From Candidatus Pacearchaeota archaeon (lineage in GTDB: Archaea > Nanobdellota > Nanobdellia > Pacearchaeales > GW2011-AR1), in the NCBI GenBank assembly GCA_016866955.1, contig VGKT01000001.1:66556-130555 (forward strand): a stretch of DNA of 64,000 bases, written 5' to 3'. The notes under the pieces were generated by a model. The model had not been told where the DNA came from. It did not search any database and worked only from the letters and a program-made list of their open reading frames with translations. Each line of letters begins with the position of its first letter. Within the stretch, counting starts at the first letter, position 1. A program made the translations under genes and the position numbers. Positions 28,200-38,061 of the stretch are shown here, one piece after another.

Positions 28200-29563
28200 G
28201 TAATAATAACCCAGGTCCATTTGAGCATCATTACGATGACAACGCCGTAGAGAAGATAGGTACAGAAAGCAAATGAATGATGGGCAAGTTTCTTACTGTT
28301 GGTGAGTCCAAGAACAGTGAGATACAAGAATCTCCCTCCGTCTAACATGCCTGCAGGGAACATATTGAAGAGAGCAACGAGCATATTGATAATGACTACC
28401 CACCAGAGCAAATCATAAATAAATTGTGCACCTGAAAAAGAAGAAGTATAATAGAGAGAAGGGCTTTTGACTAGGGAGACCATATTATACCAGGAACCGA
28501 GGATCCCTTTACTTTGATAGGGGATACTTGCAATACCGAGATAGGCTTTACCGTTTCGCTCTTCAAGGACGAGGGTTTTTGTTTCTTCTGTTTCTTCTGG
28601 AGTAAGACCTAAGATAGTAATTGTTTCTCCGGGTTTTGCTTGTGCGAGAGTAGTGCTTAGCATTTCATAAGAATTCATTGGTTGATTATTGATAGAAAGA
28701 ATTGTGCGTGAAAGTTGAGCTCGAAATGCTGGAGCATCATCATAGGCATAAACCAAGATGCCAGGTGTTGCATATTCAGATACTGATGCACTCACGAATT
28801 TAGTCGTGTTTCCAACTGTTAATGCAAGATACCCTGGGATTGAAGCGTTTGTAACACTGGTAATATCGGATGTATTCAAGACTGAAAAGGCATATTGATC
28901 AAAAATGAATCCCGTTGGCTGGAAAGCGAGAGTGAAAAAGAGAATAAGCAAAAGACCAAAAAGTAAAGACATGATGACATTGGCGAATGTGCCTGCTGCA
29001 AGAATTGCTAATTGTGCTTTAGTAGAAGCTTTATTCATTTGTTTATCATCTTGCTCAACGAACGCTCCTAAAAAGGGACCAAGAAATGCAATACCGGTTG
29101 TTTTAATACGCACATTGTTCAAACGTGCAATAATTCCGTGCGCTGCTTCATGCACAATTGCAACAATAGCAATAGCAACAATAAAATAAAAGAAATAGAA
29201 TGGGGGAAATACCGAATCAAGATTAAAGAGTTCTGGGAAATAAGGAATAAGTGGAAATACTGCCGGCACTTTTGCGAGCGGGGCATCTGAAGATTGAGCA
29301 AGATAAATTACCAAGGTCTTGATGAGTAGATAGATCATGCCCGACATTAAAAGATAGCCAGAAGTGATGATCACATATTGAAGAGGAAGTAAGAATGTGC
29401 GATATTTTTTCGCAATTTGATCAATAATTTTTATACCAAAAGAAGTTTTATACAAATACATCCAACCTTCTTTATGCATCTTATCTTTATGTTTACGTGC
29501 AAAGTAGAATGCAAAACAGGTACAAATTACTAATAACGTCAGATCAAGAATAATAAATTCCAT
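28196..29563 (-). CDS. Site-2 protease, M50 family metalloprotease with PDZ-like insert
   Basis: HExxH (VHEAAHGI), a polytopic membrane core and the C-terminal NMFPAGMLDGG motif. Confidence 0.85.
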   Translation of the reverse strand: MEFIILDLTLLVICTCFAFYFARKHKDKMHKEGWMYLYKTSFGIKIIDQIAKKYRTFLLPLQYVIITSGYLLMSGMIYLLIKTLVIYLAQSSDAPLAKVPAVFPLIPYFPELFNLDSVFPPFYFFYFIVAIAIVAIVHEAAHGIIARLNNVRIKTTGIAFLGPFLGAFVEQDDKQMNKASTKAQLAILAAGTFANVIMSLLFGLLLILFFTLAFQPTGFIFDQYAFSVLNTSDITSVTNASIPGYLALTVGNTTKFVSASVSEYATPGILVYAYDDAPAFRAQLSRTILSINNQPMNSYEMLSTTLAQAKPGETITILGLTPEETEETKTLVLEERNGKAYLGIASIPYQSKGILGSWYNMVSLVKSPSLYYTSSFSGAQFIYDLLWWVVIINMLVALFNMFPAGMLDGGRFLYLTVLGLTNSKKLAHHSFAFCTYLLYGVVIVMMLKWTWVIIT

Positions 29564-29727
29564 TATTTACGGCGAACTGGTCTGAAAGTAGATCCTCCGC
29601 AACCAGGGCATCTTACTTTTTTTGCAATTACTCGTGTTGGTTGTGTTCGAACACGACGATTGCAATCACGACATACAAATACATTGTTGAACATACGTGC
29701 TTGTGCGATAGGAATTTTTGCAGCCAT
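29563..29727 (-). CDS. rpl40e: Ribosomal protein eL40
   Basis: Not in the ORF track (54 aa). Manual translation gives MAAKIPIAQARMFNNVFVCRDCNRRVRTQPTRVIAKKVRCPGCGGSTFRPVRRK. TAATG overlaps occur at both ends. Confidence 0.75.
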   Translation of the reverse strand: MAAKIPIAQARMFNNVFVCRDCNRRVRTQPTRVIAKKVRCPGCGGSTFRPVRRK

Positions 29728-30119
29728 TAGAATACCCTCATAACTACTTTTTCTTGACTTTCAACGTCCCAATATTCGACTTGCGCTTCAGGAAGTAATT
29801 TGTCTTTAATTTCTTCATCATATGCAAGTTCAAGTGTTTCGAAATTTTCAAGATCCATAATTGATACTTTTGTCCCTACGAGGCCCAATACTTGTGCACG
29901 GCGTTTTTGAATTAAAGGTACATCGAAACGATTATCTCCAGGTACAGCAATAATTTTTTTCTTACCAGTGAAGATTTCTCGGCATTCCATACGACATTTA
30001 CTTGCACCGTGTTTTCCCGTTTTACTAATATCATTACTGATGACGGTGACTGCTTTGCCTTCGTATAAGAATGTTGTTCCAGGACCACAAGATGTTGCGT
30101 TGATTAATTTTAATACCAT
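29727..30119 (-). CDS. eif5a: Translation initiation factor 5A (aIF5A)
   Basis: The start is taken at MVLKLINATS. Hypusine-site context SKTGKHGASK. Confidence 0.85.
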   Translation of the reverse strand: MVLKLINATSCGPGTTFLYEGKAVTVISNDISKTGKHGASKCRMECREIFTGKKKIIAVPGDNRFDVPLIQKRRAQVLGLVGTKVSIMDLENFETLELAYDEEIKDKLLPEAQVEYWDVESQEKVVMRVF

Positions 30120-30953
30120 ACCAGTGCGAGGGAAAAAGTCGTTTATAAAGCTTATTAGGGTGCCCCTTTCTTCTTTTTTGGTGCGTAACCAGGAAGTTTT
30201 ATACCAGAATAGATCGTAGCCCACATAAACCGAGAAATATAACGAATATTCATTCAGTTTTTTTTCAAACGAATTGCATAGTTTTGCTTTCATTAAGCAT
30301 CATTTGAAGATATGCTGCTGAGCAAATTTAAGCATAATTTTATCTGGCAAATCTTCTAAAGGAATAAACCGGCACTATAATGCTAACCGTCTTGCACTAC
30401 TCGAAGTCCCATAGTAACTGTAACAGTTCGCCCAGATATTTCGGTAACACTAAAATTAATATATAATTAATTTATTGTGGCCAGGTTATTTGTAAATATT
30501 ATAAACTGCCTTTGGTTTACATCCAATATTTATTTATAAACTTAGTTTTTTCATTTTCGTAAGTTAAGGAAAACAGATACTGCAAGACTTTATTCTTAGT
30601 GAACCTAATTTTTATACAAGTACTACTCATGATGCAACGGGATTAATTTGAGCGCACGCTTCACAGTTGAGTTTATTATTTTATAGATTACATAGCTTAT
30701 TTTATATATGCACAGGCATTCAAGCAGCCCACTTTATTTTAAGCAAGAGAATTTCTTTTTATTTGCCCTCTTTTCTTTTAACGCTACGTAATCTTTCTCA
30801 CGTGCAGGAATTTATAGAGATTTACCCGCCCCCTTTAACTCCATCAAGAATTTTAATCTTGACTGTAAAGTTAAGGTTACTATCTACTTTTTTATTTAAA
30901 ATTTTTAGCCAATTATTTTTGTGAAAAAAAATTTTCGAAAGCACCCCCGATAA

Positions 30954-31775
30954 TTATTTTATATTTGAGGAAAGATTATTTATTTTAGAATGAAGCAATA
31001 TTAATAGGAAAAACAATGCATTGAGAATGACAATCGTTCCGGAAACAGCAAAATCATAATTATATGCAATAATAAGTCCTGCAATAACTGAAAATACAGA
31101 TATAAGGACTGAATAAATTAAAGTTTTCTTAAAACTAGTTTTTATCTGTAATGCGGATGCAGCCGGCAGTATAATCAATGATGAAGCAAGCATAAGTCCA
31201 ACAATATTCATCGAACACACGATTGTAACTGCAGTCAAAATTAAAAGCATAGAATTTAGAAAATTAACTTTTATTCCTGAGACTCTTGCAGATTCTTCAT
31301 CAAAGGACATATAGAATAAGTCTTTATAATAAATAATAATAAAGACTATCACTAATAAGGCCAGGGACAAAGATAATAAAAGTTCGGTGGTTTTTATTGA
31401 GAGTATGCTCCCAAACAAATAACTTAATATGTCAACATTTAAACCGCTTGCGATGCTTAAAATAAATATTCCAATACCTAAACTAACATGACTAACTATC
31501 CCTATTGCAGTATCACTATATACGGCTGATTTTTCTTTTAACTTAATTATTCCAAACGATCCTATTAGACCAAATAAAAGAGCACCGATAAAAGGCGTAA
31601 TATTAAATAATAAACCGGTTGCAACTCCTCCAAAGGATATATGTGCAATACCGTCCCCGATTAATGAGAATTTTCGCAGTACCAAAAATACTCCTAATAA
31701 AGAACAAGCAATAGCTATGACTATTCCAGAAATAAATGCTTTTTGCATGAATTCGTAAGATAATATCTCTATCAT
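30954..31775 (-). CDS. znuB: Zn/Mn ABC transporter permease (ZnuB family)
   Basis: 273-aa polytopic protein with the ABC-3 family layout. It is adjacent to the ATPase. Confidence 0.85.
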   Translation of the reverse strand: MIEILSYEFMQKAFISGIVIAIACSLLGVFLVLRKFSLIGDGIAHISFGGVATGLLFNITPFIGALLFGLIGSFGIIKLKEKSAVYSDTAIGIVSHVSLGIGIFILSIASGLNVDILSYLFGSILSIKTTELLLSLSLALLVIVFIIIYYKDLFYMSFDEESARVSGIKVNFLNSMLLILTAVTIVCSMNIVGLMLASSLIILPAASALQIKTSFKKTLIYSVLISVFSVIAGLIIAYNYDFAVSGTIVILNALFFLLILLHSKINNLSSNIK

Positions 31776-31776
31776 T

Positions 31777-32511
31777 TTATCCTTTATCCGAATATAATTT
31801 ATACTCTTTTTTATATGCAGCGTCTTTTAAACAAAATTCTTTATAAGTGCCGTAAAACTCAATTTTTTGATTAATACTTGCCACTTTATTCACATATTTA
31901 GTTATTCTTCCGATATCGTGTGAAACAAGAAGAATAGTCATGCCCTTGTTATTAAGTTTTCCTAATAAATTATAAAAAGATTCTTTATTTTCCTGATCAA
32001 CCCCCGTTGTTGGTTCATCAAGAATTAAAATTTCTGGAGAGACGACTAATGCCTTCGCGATTAGAACTCTTTGCTGTTGTCCACTAGAAAGTTCCGTAAT
32101 TCTTCTTTGTGAAAAATTTTCCATAGAAACAGAAGTTAAAGCTTCTTTTATTTTACTGTCTTCTCGTTTTGTAATTATCTTAGGAAATTTCTGAATCGAT
32201 AATAGCCCCATAGAAACAACTTCATAAACTGTTGCAGGAAAATTTTTTTCTATATTGGTTGCCTTTTGAGGAACGTATCCTATTTTTTCCCATTCTCCAA
32301 ATTTTTTTAATTCTTTTCCAAATAAACTAACCACTCCTTTTCTTGGAGTAAGTATTCCTAGAATAATTCTAAGAAGTGTGCTTTTTCCTGAGCCGTTCGG
32401 CCCTATTAAACCTACAAAGTCCCCTTTCTTAACTGAAAAAGATATATTTTTTATGACATCAGAATCTGTATAAGAGAACGAAACTGAAGATAAATTTATT
32501 AGAGAATGCAT
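31777..32511 (-). CDS. znuC: Zn/Mn ABC transporter ATP-binding protein (ZnuC family)
   Basis: Walker A GPNGSGKST, signature LSSGQQQR and Walker B ILILDEP. Confidence 0.9.
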   Translation of the reverse strand: MHSLINLSSVSFSYTDSDVIKNISFSVKKGDFVGLIGPNGSGKSTLLRIILGILTPRKGVVSLFGKELKKFGEWEKIGYVPQKATNIEKNFPATVYEVVSMGLLSIQKFPKIITKREDSKIKEALTSVSMENFSQRRITELSSGQQQRVLIAKALVVSPEILILDEPTTGVDQENKESFYNLLGKLNNKGMTILLVSHDIGRITKYVNKVASINQKIEFYGTYKEFCLKDAAYKKEYKLYSDKG

Positions 32512-32521
32512 AGTTATTCTT

Positions 32522-33871
32522 TTATTGGGTACGGCATTTTAAAAATCCCTGAGTCAATAAATTTCTATCTAGATTCTTTCCAATAAATATAAAGATACTT
32601 ACTCTTTTTTCTCCTTCTCTCCATTCTCTATCGATAGAACTCGTTAATAGCATATGTACTCCCTGAAATACCATTCTGTTAGGTAAGTTCTCTATGCTTA
32701 TGATTCCTTTCATCCTATATATATCCGGCCCTAGCACTTGAAGTATATAGCTAAAAAAATCACGAAGCTTTTCAAGATTTAAATCTCCTTCAATTTTTAT
32801 GCCTACAGAACTTACTTCATTATCATGCGTATGGTTTGGCTTAAATTCTTTATGGTATTCTGCGACTAGATTCTTATTTTTTGAGTCAACGATTCTCAAA
32901 TTAAACTCTGTCGGATGATGCTGAGTAGCGATAAGATATCTGCCTTTCTTTGTTTTTAATAAGCATTCTTTTTCTGCCATGTCTAATTCATATAATTTGT
33001 CCGGCTCTATAATTTTATTTGACGAGCCTTTAAATTTGTTAATTATGCCTGAAAACCTTATGGCAGTGTTATTTATTAACTCAGAATTAACCTCTTTTGA
33101 TCCTATTTCTAAAGCGAAAATTTTCATTGAAGGGTCGGGCCCTTTATCATATAATATCTTATAATTGTCATTTTCAAAATCATAAATCCCCAGAAATTCA
33201 AAAGGGTATTCTATTTCTAAAAATTTTTCATCTACAGTTATTTTTTGTTTGATATCGAAACTGTTTATGTTTAGAATATTTGATATAGGTACTTCTGCAT
33301 TAATGGAAGTCATAATTTTTGCTACTGCATTAATACTTTTTATTTTTGCTTTGAGTTTATTTAATTCTTTATTTGAAATTAGGTCTATTTTATTTAATAT
33401 TATTACATCTGCGAAAGCTATTTGTTGTTTTGCCTCTGCATCTTTGTCTATATGGTGCCAAATATGCTTTGCATCAACAAGAGTTACTATCGAATCAAGA
33501 GCATAATTTTCAATAATATTTTCTTGTGTTAAGAACGTTTGAGCTACAGGGGTAGGATTAGCAAGCCCAGTGGTTTCAATTAATAGATAATCAAACTTTT
33601 GATTCTCTTTAACAAATTTTTCAAGTATTTTTATTAAGTCACCTCGAACAGTACAACAAATACAACCGTTATTCATTTCGATAACCTCTTCATTTTCATG
33701 GACGACTAATTCTTGATCCACGCCTACTTCTCCGAATTCATTTTCAATTACAGCAATCTTTTTTCCATGATTTTCTCTTAAAATTCTATTCAAAAGAGTA
33801 GTTTTTCCACTGCCTAAAAAACCTGTTAATATAGTAACGGGGATCTTTTTATTTAAATTCGTTCTTTCCAT
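32522..33871 (-). CDS. COG0523/CobW-family G3E GTPase (putative zinc metallochaperone) with expanded linker
   Basis: P-loop GFLGSGKTTLLN and metal-binding CxCC (GCICCT). The His-containing linker is long (KPNHTHDNE). Confidence 0.8.
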   Translation of the reverse strand: MERTNLNKKIPVTILTGFLGSGKTTLLNRILRENHGKKIAVIENEFGEVGVDQELVVHENEEVIEMNNGCICCTVRGDLIKILEKFVKENQKFDYLLIETTGLANPTPVAQTFLTQENIIENYALDSIVTLVDAKHIWHHIDKDAEAKQQIAFADVIILNKIDLISNKELNKLKAKIKSINAVAKIMTSINAEVPISNILNINSFDIKQKITVDEKFLEIEYPFEFLGIYDFENDNYKILYDKGPDPSMKIFALEIGSKEVNSELINNTAIRFSGIINKFKGSSNKIIEPDKLYELDMAEKECLLKTKKGRYLIATQHHPTEFNLRIVDSKNKNLVAEYHKEFKPNHTHDNEVSSVGIKIEGDLNLEKLRDFFSYILQVLGPDIYRMKGIISIENLPNRMVFQGVHMLLTSSIDREWREGEKRVSIFIFIGKNLDRNLLTQGFLKCRTQ

Positions 33872-33876
33872 TTAAT

Positions 33877-35241
33877 TCACGTACATTCAAGTCCGATTTT
33901 CAGACTATTTAAGTTTTCTTCCATGAGCGAAATGAAAGTTATCCCCTGCTGGAATTGTTCTTTTTGAAGATTGTGTGCAGGACTCAATACTAGTACTTCC
34001 ATCCCTACCTCAGAAGCTATTGTTTCTGCCATTTTTGGGCTTATAAGTTTCTCAAAATAAATATATTTTATTCTATGCTCTTTCGCTAAATCTATAATTC
34101 CCTTAATTTTTTTAGGTGTTGGCTCTGAATCTGGGGATATCCCGTAAGCAGCGATCATTTTAAGGTTGTATTTACGTGCAAGATAGTTGAAGGCATTATG
34201 TCCTCCAGAAATAAACTGGTTTTGCTTGCACTGGGAAAGTGAACGGAGATAGTTTGCATGTAATTTTTCGAGTTTTTTATTATAATTTTCTCCATTCTTC
34301 ATATAAAAATCCTTATTTGCAGGATCTTTTTTCGAAAGTAAATCGGCAATTGCAATAACAATTTTTTGATCATTTTCAAAATCAAGCCAAAAATGTGGAT
34401 CGTATTCTCCGTGATGATGATCATGATGATCTTCTGATTCTGGTTCGGTCATGATTGGTTCAATATCATTTCCTTTCGAGTCTTTGAAGAAATGTTCATC
34501 CGATTCGAATTCAGTAGGCATATGCTCAGTGAAAAAAACATATTTACCATCTTTTGCAATCTCTATGGTAAAAACAGTGATTTCTTTTTCTTCATTAAAA
34601 TTTAAAAGATATGTTACTTCTTTGGGAGTGATTATATCATTATTTTTTTTCTGGTCTTGATTTTTTGACCCCATCAATTCTTTAGCCTTTTGCTCGATAG
34701 ACTCAATATCTTCAGATTTTTGTATTATCATCTTCATTGCAGGATCTGCATATTCCCCTTGAACTTTAGCAAACGACCATTTGTATGTTCCGGCCTTAAG
34801 TTCAAAAATACCTGCCCATTCGAAAGAATGGGCTTCTCCCTCATGGTCGTTTTCTTCATTTTCCCCTGATTTGAGTAAACTAACTTTAGAACTAGCATCA
34901 AGGGGTGTCAGTTTTTCATTGCCGGCTCCTTCAATAATGTCGTGAGCCCAAGGCTCCATTTCAGCTCCAACGTACAAGAACATGTCTGCGTTATTTATCT
35001 TAACTATGTCGCTTGGTTTCGGCTCAAAAGAATGGGCCTCAACTCCTGGAGGAAGTAGTAAGGTAACATCTACCCTCTCTTGACCAACTTCTTTTACAAA
35101 ATCATATAAAGGGTATAGCGTTGTTACAATCAGAAGTTTGTCACTAGAATTTTTGCTTATATTGCTTGGAGTTAAAAAAAAGCCTCCAATCGAAAAAATG
35201 CATAATAGCGCCACGACCATAATAAGCAAATTTTTTTTCAT
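33877..35241 (-). CDS. znuA: Zinc ABC transporter substrate-binding protein (ZnuA family) with about 150-aa insertion at the His-rich loop
   Basis: The start is taken at MKKNLLIMVVALLC, 22 nt after TTTATAAA. ZnuA lobes (LYPLYDFV, PHFWLD) are present. Acidic/His loop EDHHDHHHGEYDPH. Confidence 0.8.
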   Translation of the reverse strand: MKKNLLIMVVALLCIFSIGGFFLTPSNISKNSSDKLLIVTTLYPLYDFVKEVGQERVDVTLLLPPGVEAHSFEPKPSDIVKINNADMFLYVGAEMEPWAHDIIEGAGNEKLTPLDASSKVSLLKSGENEENDHEGEAHSFEWAGIFELKAGTYKWSFAKVQGEYADPAMKMIIQKSEDIESIEQKAKELMGSKNQDQKKNNDIITPKEVTYLLNFNEEKEITVFTIEIAKDGKYVFFTEHMPTEFESDEHFFKDSKGNDIEPIMTEPESEDHHDHHHGEYDPHFWLDFENDQKIVIAIADLLSKKDPANKDFYMKNGENYNKKLEKLHANYLRSLSQCKQNQFISGGHNAFNYLARKYNLKMIAAYGISPDSEPTPKKIKGIIDLAKEHRIKYIYFEKLISPKMAETIASEVGMEVLVLSPAHNLQKEQFQQGITFISLMEENLNSLKIGLECT

Positions 35242-35263
35242 ATATTTATGCAAATAAAATGAT

Positions 35264-35294
35264 TTTATAAACACTATTGATTTTTATTATCAAT
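35264..35294 (-). promoter_or_regulatory. znuA promoter (TATA) with adjacent perfect inverted repeat, candidate metalloregulator operator
   Basis: TTTATAAA at 35264-35271. ATTGAT-N7-ATCAAT at 35276-35294 lies immediately upstream, in the BRE position. Confidence 0.35.
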
Positions 35295-36034
35295 AACAAA
35301 ATGGGAATAAAATCAATAAATATCAGACAAAAATAATTTTAAAACATCACAATAAAATACTTTTATTCTTTTTTTACAGCAGGAGATATTCTTAAAAAGT
35401 CAGAAAGAAGAATTCAAAAGTAAGTATTGCAACATTTTATCTTTTCTCAAATAGCCTTATTAAAAATGAAGAAATAAACTATTTTATGCACAACAGAAGA
35501 TTGCTTTACTCAACAAATAAAAGAAATGATTGCGATGATTTATGCGAAAAAAAGGTAAGATAAATTTATTTTTATATTGATAATCTTAACTTTTTAAAAT
35601 ATATCAAGTATAAAATATCTTGATCAATAAACAGTAGTCAATTGGAAATTAGGGAGATAGATTCAGATCATAAATAAATCATCTCTGAGCGGCACTTAAC
35701 CACTTACAGATTTTGACCCTGCAATTCTCATTTACTTAAATATGCTAATCAACCTAATCCTACTTGATTGTACAATAGGCTTTATCAAAAGTTATATGCC
35801 ATTACTTGACGTTTTACTTGACTATAAAAGTATCAGTTAAAGTTTGTTCAGGCCATAAAGCTTTCAATCCTCTAAAATTATGTGCCCCTTTCTTCTTTAT
35901 AAAAAAGTGTCTACCCTATAATTGGAAATACTGCTTTGCTCCTCATCAAAAACTAGTTTTTAAACAAAGTAAGCCCTCAACTTTACAGTGCATTCTAACG
36001 GTATATTTATAAAACACTTTTTGTCTGGACATTG

Positions 36035-36694
36035 ATGACACTTACTGTTGGTTCTTGCGTACAATTGTCTTATACGGGTAGGGTAAATGGAGAAGTGTTT
36101 GATAGCACGGTTCCTACCCAAGTAAAACGCTTGAATCCCCAAGCTCGTGTAGAGCCTGCTATTGTGATTATTGGCCAGGGAATGGTCGTTAAGGGTCTTG
36201 ATGATTCATTACTTGGAAAAAAAGTAGGGGAAACATACCAGATTACATTACAACCGAAAGAAGCATTCGGTGAACGTAAAATGAATTTAGTAAAAACAAT
36301 TCCCCTTAAACTTTTTACTGCAAAAGGAGTCTACCCTCGCGCAGGGCAAGTTTTACGCTTAGATGATATGTTAGTGCGCATCATCACGGTCTCAGGTGCA
36401 CGAGTTGTTACTGATTTTAATAATCCTCTTGCAGGAAAAGAAGTAACATATGACGTTACGATTGATGCCCTTGTTACTGATGAACAACAACGCGCACGAG
36501 CAACTTTCCAAGCAATATGTAAATTTATTCCAAAATTCACCATTAGTGATGTCGTTACTGTTGAAATGCCTGGGGCACTTGAACAGTATATGATGAGTTT
36601 CAAAGATTCCTTCTCTAAAGTAATGGGCAAACCTCTTGCATTTAAAGCAGTGGCGAATGGGGAACAACCTGTTTCTGCCCAATCAGCACAATAA
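36035..36694 (+). CDS. FKBP-type peptidyl-prolyl cis-trans isomerase (archaeal long/SlyD-like)
   Basis: VQLSYTGRVNGEVFDST, the IF-domain insert and NNPLAGKEVTYDVTI. The ATG lies 21 nt after TTTATAAA (36006-36013). Confidence 0.8.
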   Translation: MTLTVGSCVQLSYTGRVNGEVFDSTVPTQVKRLNPQARVEPAIVIIGQGMVVKGLDDSLLGKKVGETYQITLQPKEAFGERKMNLVKTIPLKLFTAKGVYPRAGQVLRLDDMLVRIITVSGARVVTDFNNPLAGKEVTYDVTIDALVTDEQQRARATFQAICKFIPKFTISDVVTVEMPGALEQYMMSFKDSFSKVMGKPLAFKAVANGEQPVSAQSAQ

Positions 36695-36726
36695 TCCTTA
36701 TAAGCCTCTGACGGACATTTTGTCGT

Positions 36727-37818
36727 ATGGCAGAGGTGTTTTCTGAAGATATGCATCCCACAAGTGATATTGATAAAGAGCTTGCAGCATTGCTCCAACG
36801 TCAAGGTGCACGTATCAAAGTCATTGGATGCGGAGGGGGAGGAGGAAATTCAGTGAGTAGAATGAAAGAGGCAGGGATTAAAGGGTGTGAAATTATTGCT
36901 ATTAATACTGATGCGCAAGATTTGTTGTATGCAAATGTTGATCATAAAATTTTAATTGGACGAGAGAGCACGCATGGTCTTGGTGCAGGGAGCAACCCCA
37001 AATTAGGTGAACAGGCAGCTCGCGAAAGTGAGCAAGAAATTAAGAAACGTCTTGCAGACACGGATATGGTATTCGTAACGTGTGGTTTAGGTGGAGGTAC
37101 CGGTACAGGTAGTGCCCCTGTTGCTGCAGATATTGCAAAAAAACATGGATCGTTAGTGATCGGTATCGTAACCTTGCCGTTTACCGTTGAAGGGCAAAAG
37201 CGTATTGAGAATGCACAATGGGGTTTAGAGCGCATGATTTCGGTGTGTGATACCCTTATTGTTATTCCAAATGATAAATTACTCGAAATTGCTCCTGAAC
37301 TACCCATTCATACTGCCTTTAAAGTTGCAGATGAAATTCTTACTAATTCAGTGAAAGGAATTACAGAGCTAGTAACAAAAGCAGGATTAGTCAATCTTGA
37401 TTTTGCTGACGTAAAAGCAGTTATGTCAAATGGGGGTGTTTCGCTTATTGGTATTGGAGAGGCAGATACAAAGGATCGGGCACGTGATGCAGTTCATAAA
37501 GCAATTAACAACCCTTTGTTAGATGTTGATATTACCAATGCTTCGGGAGCCCTGGTTAATATCGTGGGTGGTCCAGATATGTCTCTTGATGAATATAAAC
37601 AAGTAATGGAAATTATTGGAGAAAAAGTTGCCCCTGATGCCAAGATTATTTCAGGTGCGCAGATTTCACCTGATCTGGATAAATCGATTCGTGTTTTATT
37701 AATTGTTACTGGAGTGAAATCTTCACAGATTATTGGTATTTCAACTGAACTCACGGCAAAACAACAGGATGAATTAACCAGAGATTTGGGCATTGATTTT
37801 GTAGAAGAGAAGAAATAA
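36727..37818 (+). CDS. ftsZ: Cell division protein FtsZ
   Basis: GCGGGGGNSV and the tubulin signature GLGGGTGTGSAPV. Confidence 0.95.
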   Translation: MAEVFSEDMHPTSDIDKELAALLQRQGARIKVIGCGGGGGNSVSRMKEAGIKGCEIIAINTDAQDLLYANVDHKILIGRESTHGLGAGSNPKLGEQAARESEQEIKKRLADTDMVFVTCGLGGGTGTGSAPVAADIAKKHGSLVIGIVTLPFTVEGQKRIENAQWGLERMISVCDTLIVIPNDKLLEIAPELPIHTAFKVADEILTNSVKGITELVTKAGLVNLDFADVKAVMSNGGVSLIGIGEADTKDRARDAVHKAINNPLLDVDITNASGALVNIVGGPDMSLDEYKQVMEIIGEKVAPDAKIISGAQISPDLDKSIRVLLIVTGVKSSQIIGISTELTAKQQDELTRDLGIDFVEEKK

Positions 37819-37832
37819 TTCTTACCGCATTC

Positions 37833-37840
37833 TTTAAATA
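37833..37840 (+). promoter_or_regulatory. TATA box of secE (leaderless)
   Basis: CTTTAAATAAGCACTCTGAAT. The ATG lies 21 nt after the octamer. Confidence 0.5.
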
Positions 37841-37861
37841 AGCACTCTGAATACTCTTGCT

Positions 37862-38059
37862 ATGGAACAAGTCAATTCCCAGGTTACCTGGAAAACGAAG
37901 ATTCATTCATTTATCGTACAATCGATTCGTGTTTGGCATGTCTTAAAGAAACCAAGTTCTGAAGAATTCAAGATGGTTGCAAAGATTTCAGGTATCGGTA
38001 TTCTTGCTCTTGGGGCCTTGGGCTTTATTATTTCTGACGTGATTACCCTGATAACATAA
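37862..38059 (+). CDS. secE: Protein translocase subunit SecE (Sec61 gamma)
   Basis: 65 aa with the single C-terminal TM segment KISGIGILALGALGFIISDVI. It occupies the conserved position after ftsZ. Confidence 0.75.
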   Translation: MEQVNSQVTWKTKIHSFIVQSIRVWHVLKKPSSEEFKMVAKISGIGILALGALGFIISDVITLIT

Positions 38060-38061
38060 GC

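Larger units (their letters stand above)
30294..36031. other. AT-rich genomic island carrying a zinc-acquisition operon
   Basis: G+C is visibly lower than the flanks (sampled lines about 30 percent versus about 40 percent) and proteins are Lys/Asn/Ile-rich. About 650 and 750 bp of non-coding AT-rich DNA flank four co-oriented genes. No integrase was seen. Confidence 0.55.

Noticed and set aside
30667-30924. 85-aa ORF in the AT-rich spacer; also ORFs 35806-36012 and 35960-36142
   Set aside because: They have TTG or other alternative starts, low-complexity hydrophobic translations and no promoter spacing or motifs. They are most likely non-coding spacer.
30858-35845. Possible direct repeats flanking the zinc island (CTTGACTGTAAAGTTAAGGTT at 30858-30878 versus CTTGACTATAAAAGTATCAGTTAAAGTT at 35817-35845)
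   Set aside because: The match is short, gapped and imperfect, and it lies in very AT-rich DNA. That is not enough to call att sites.
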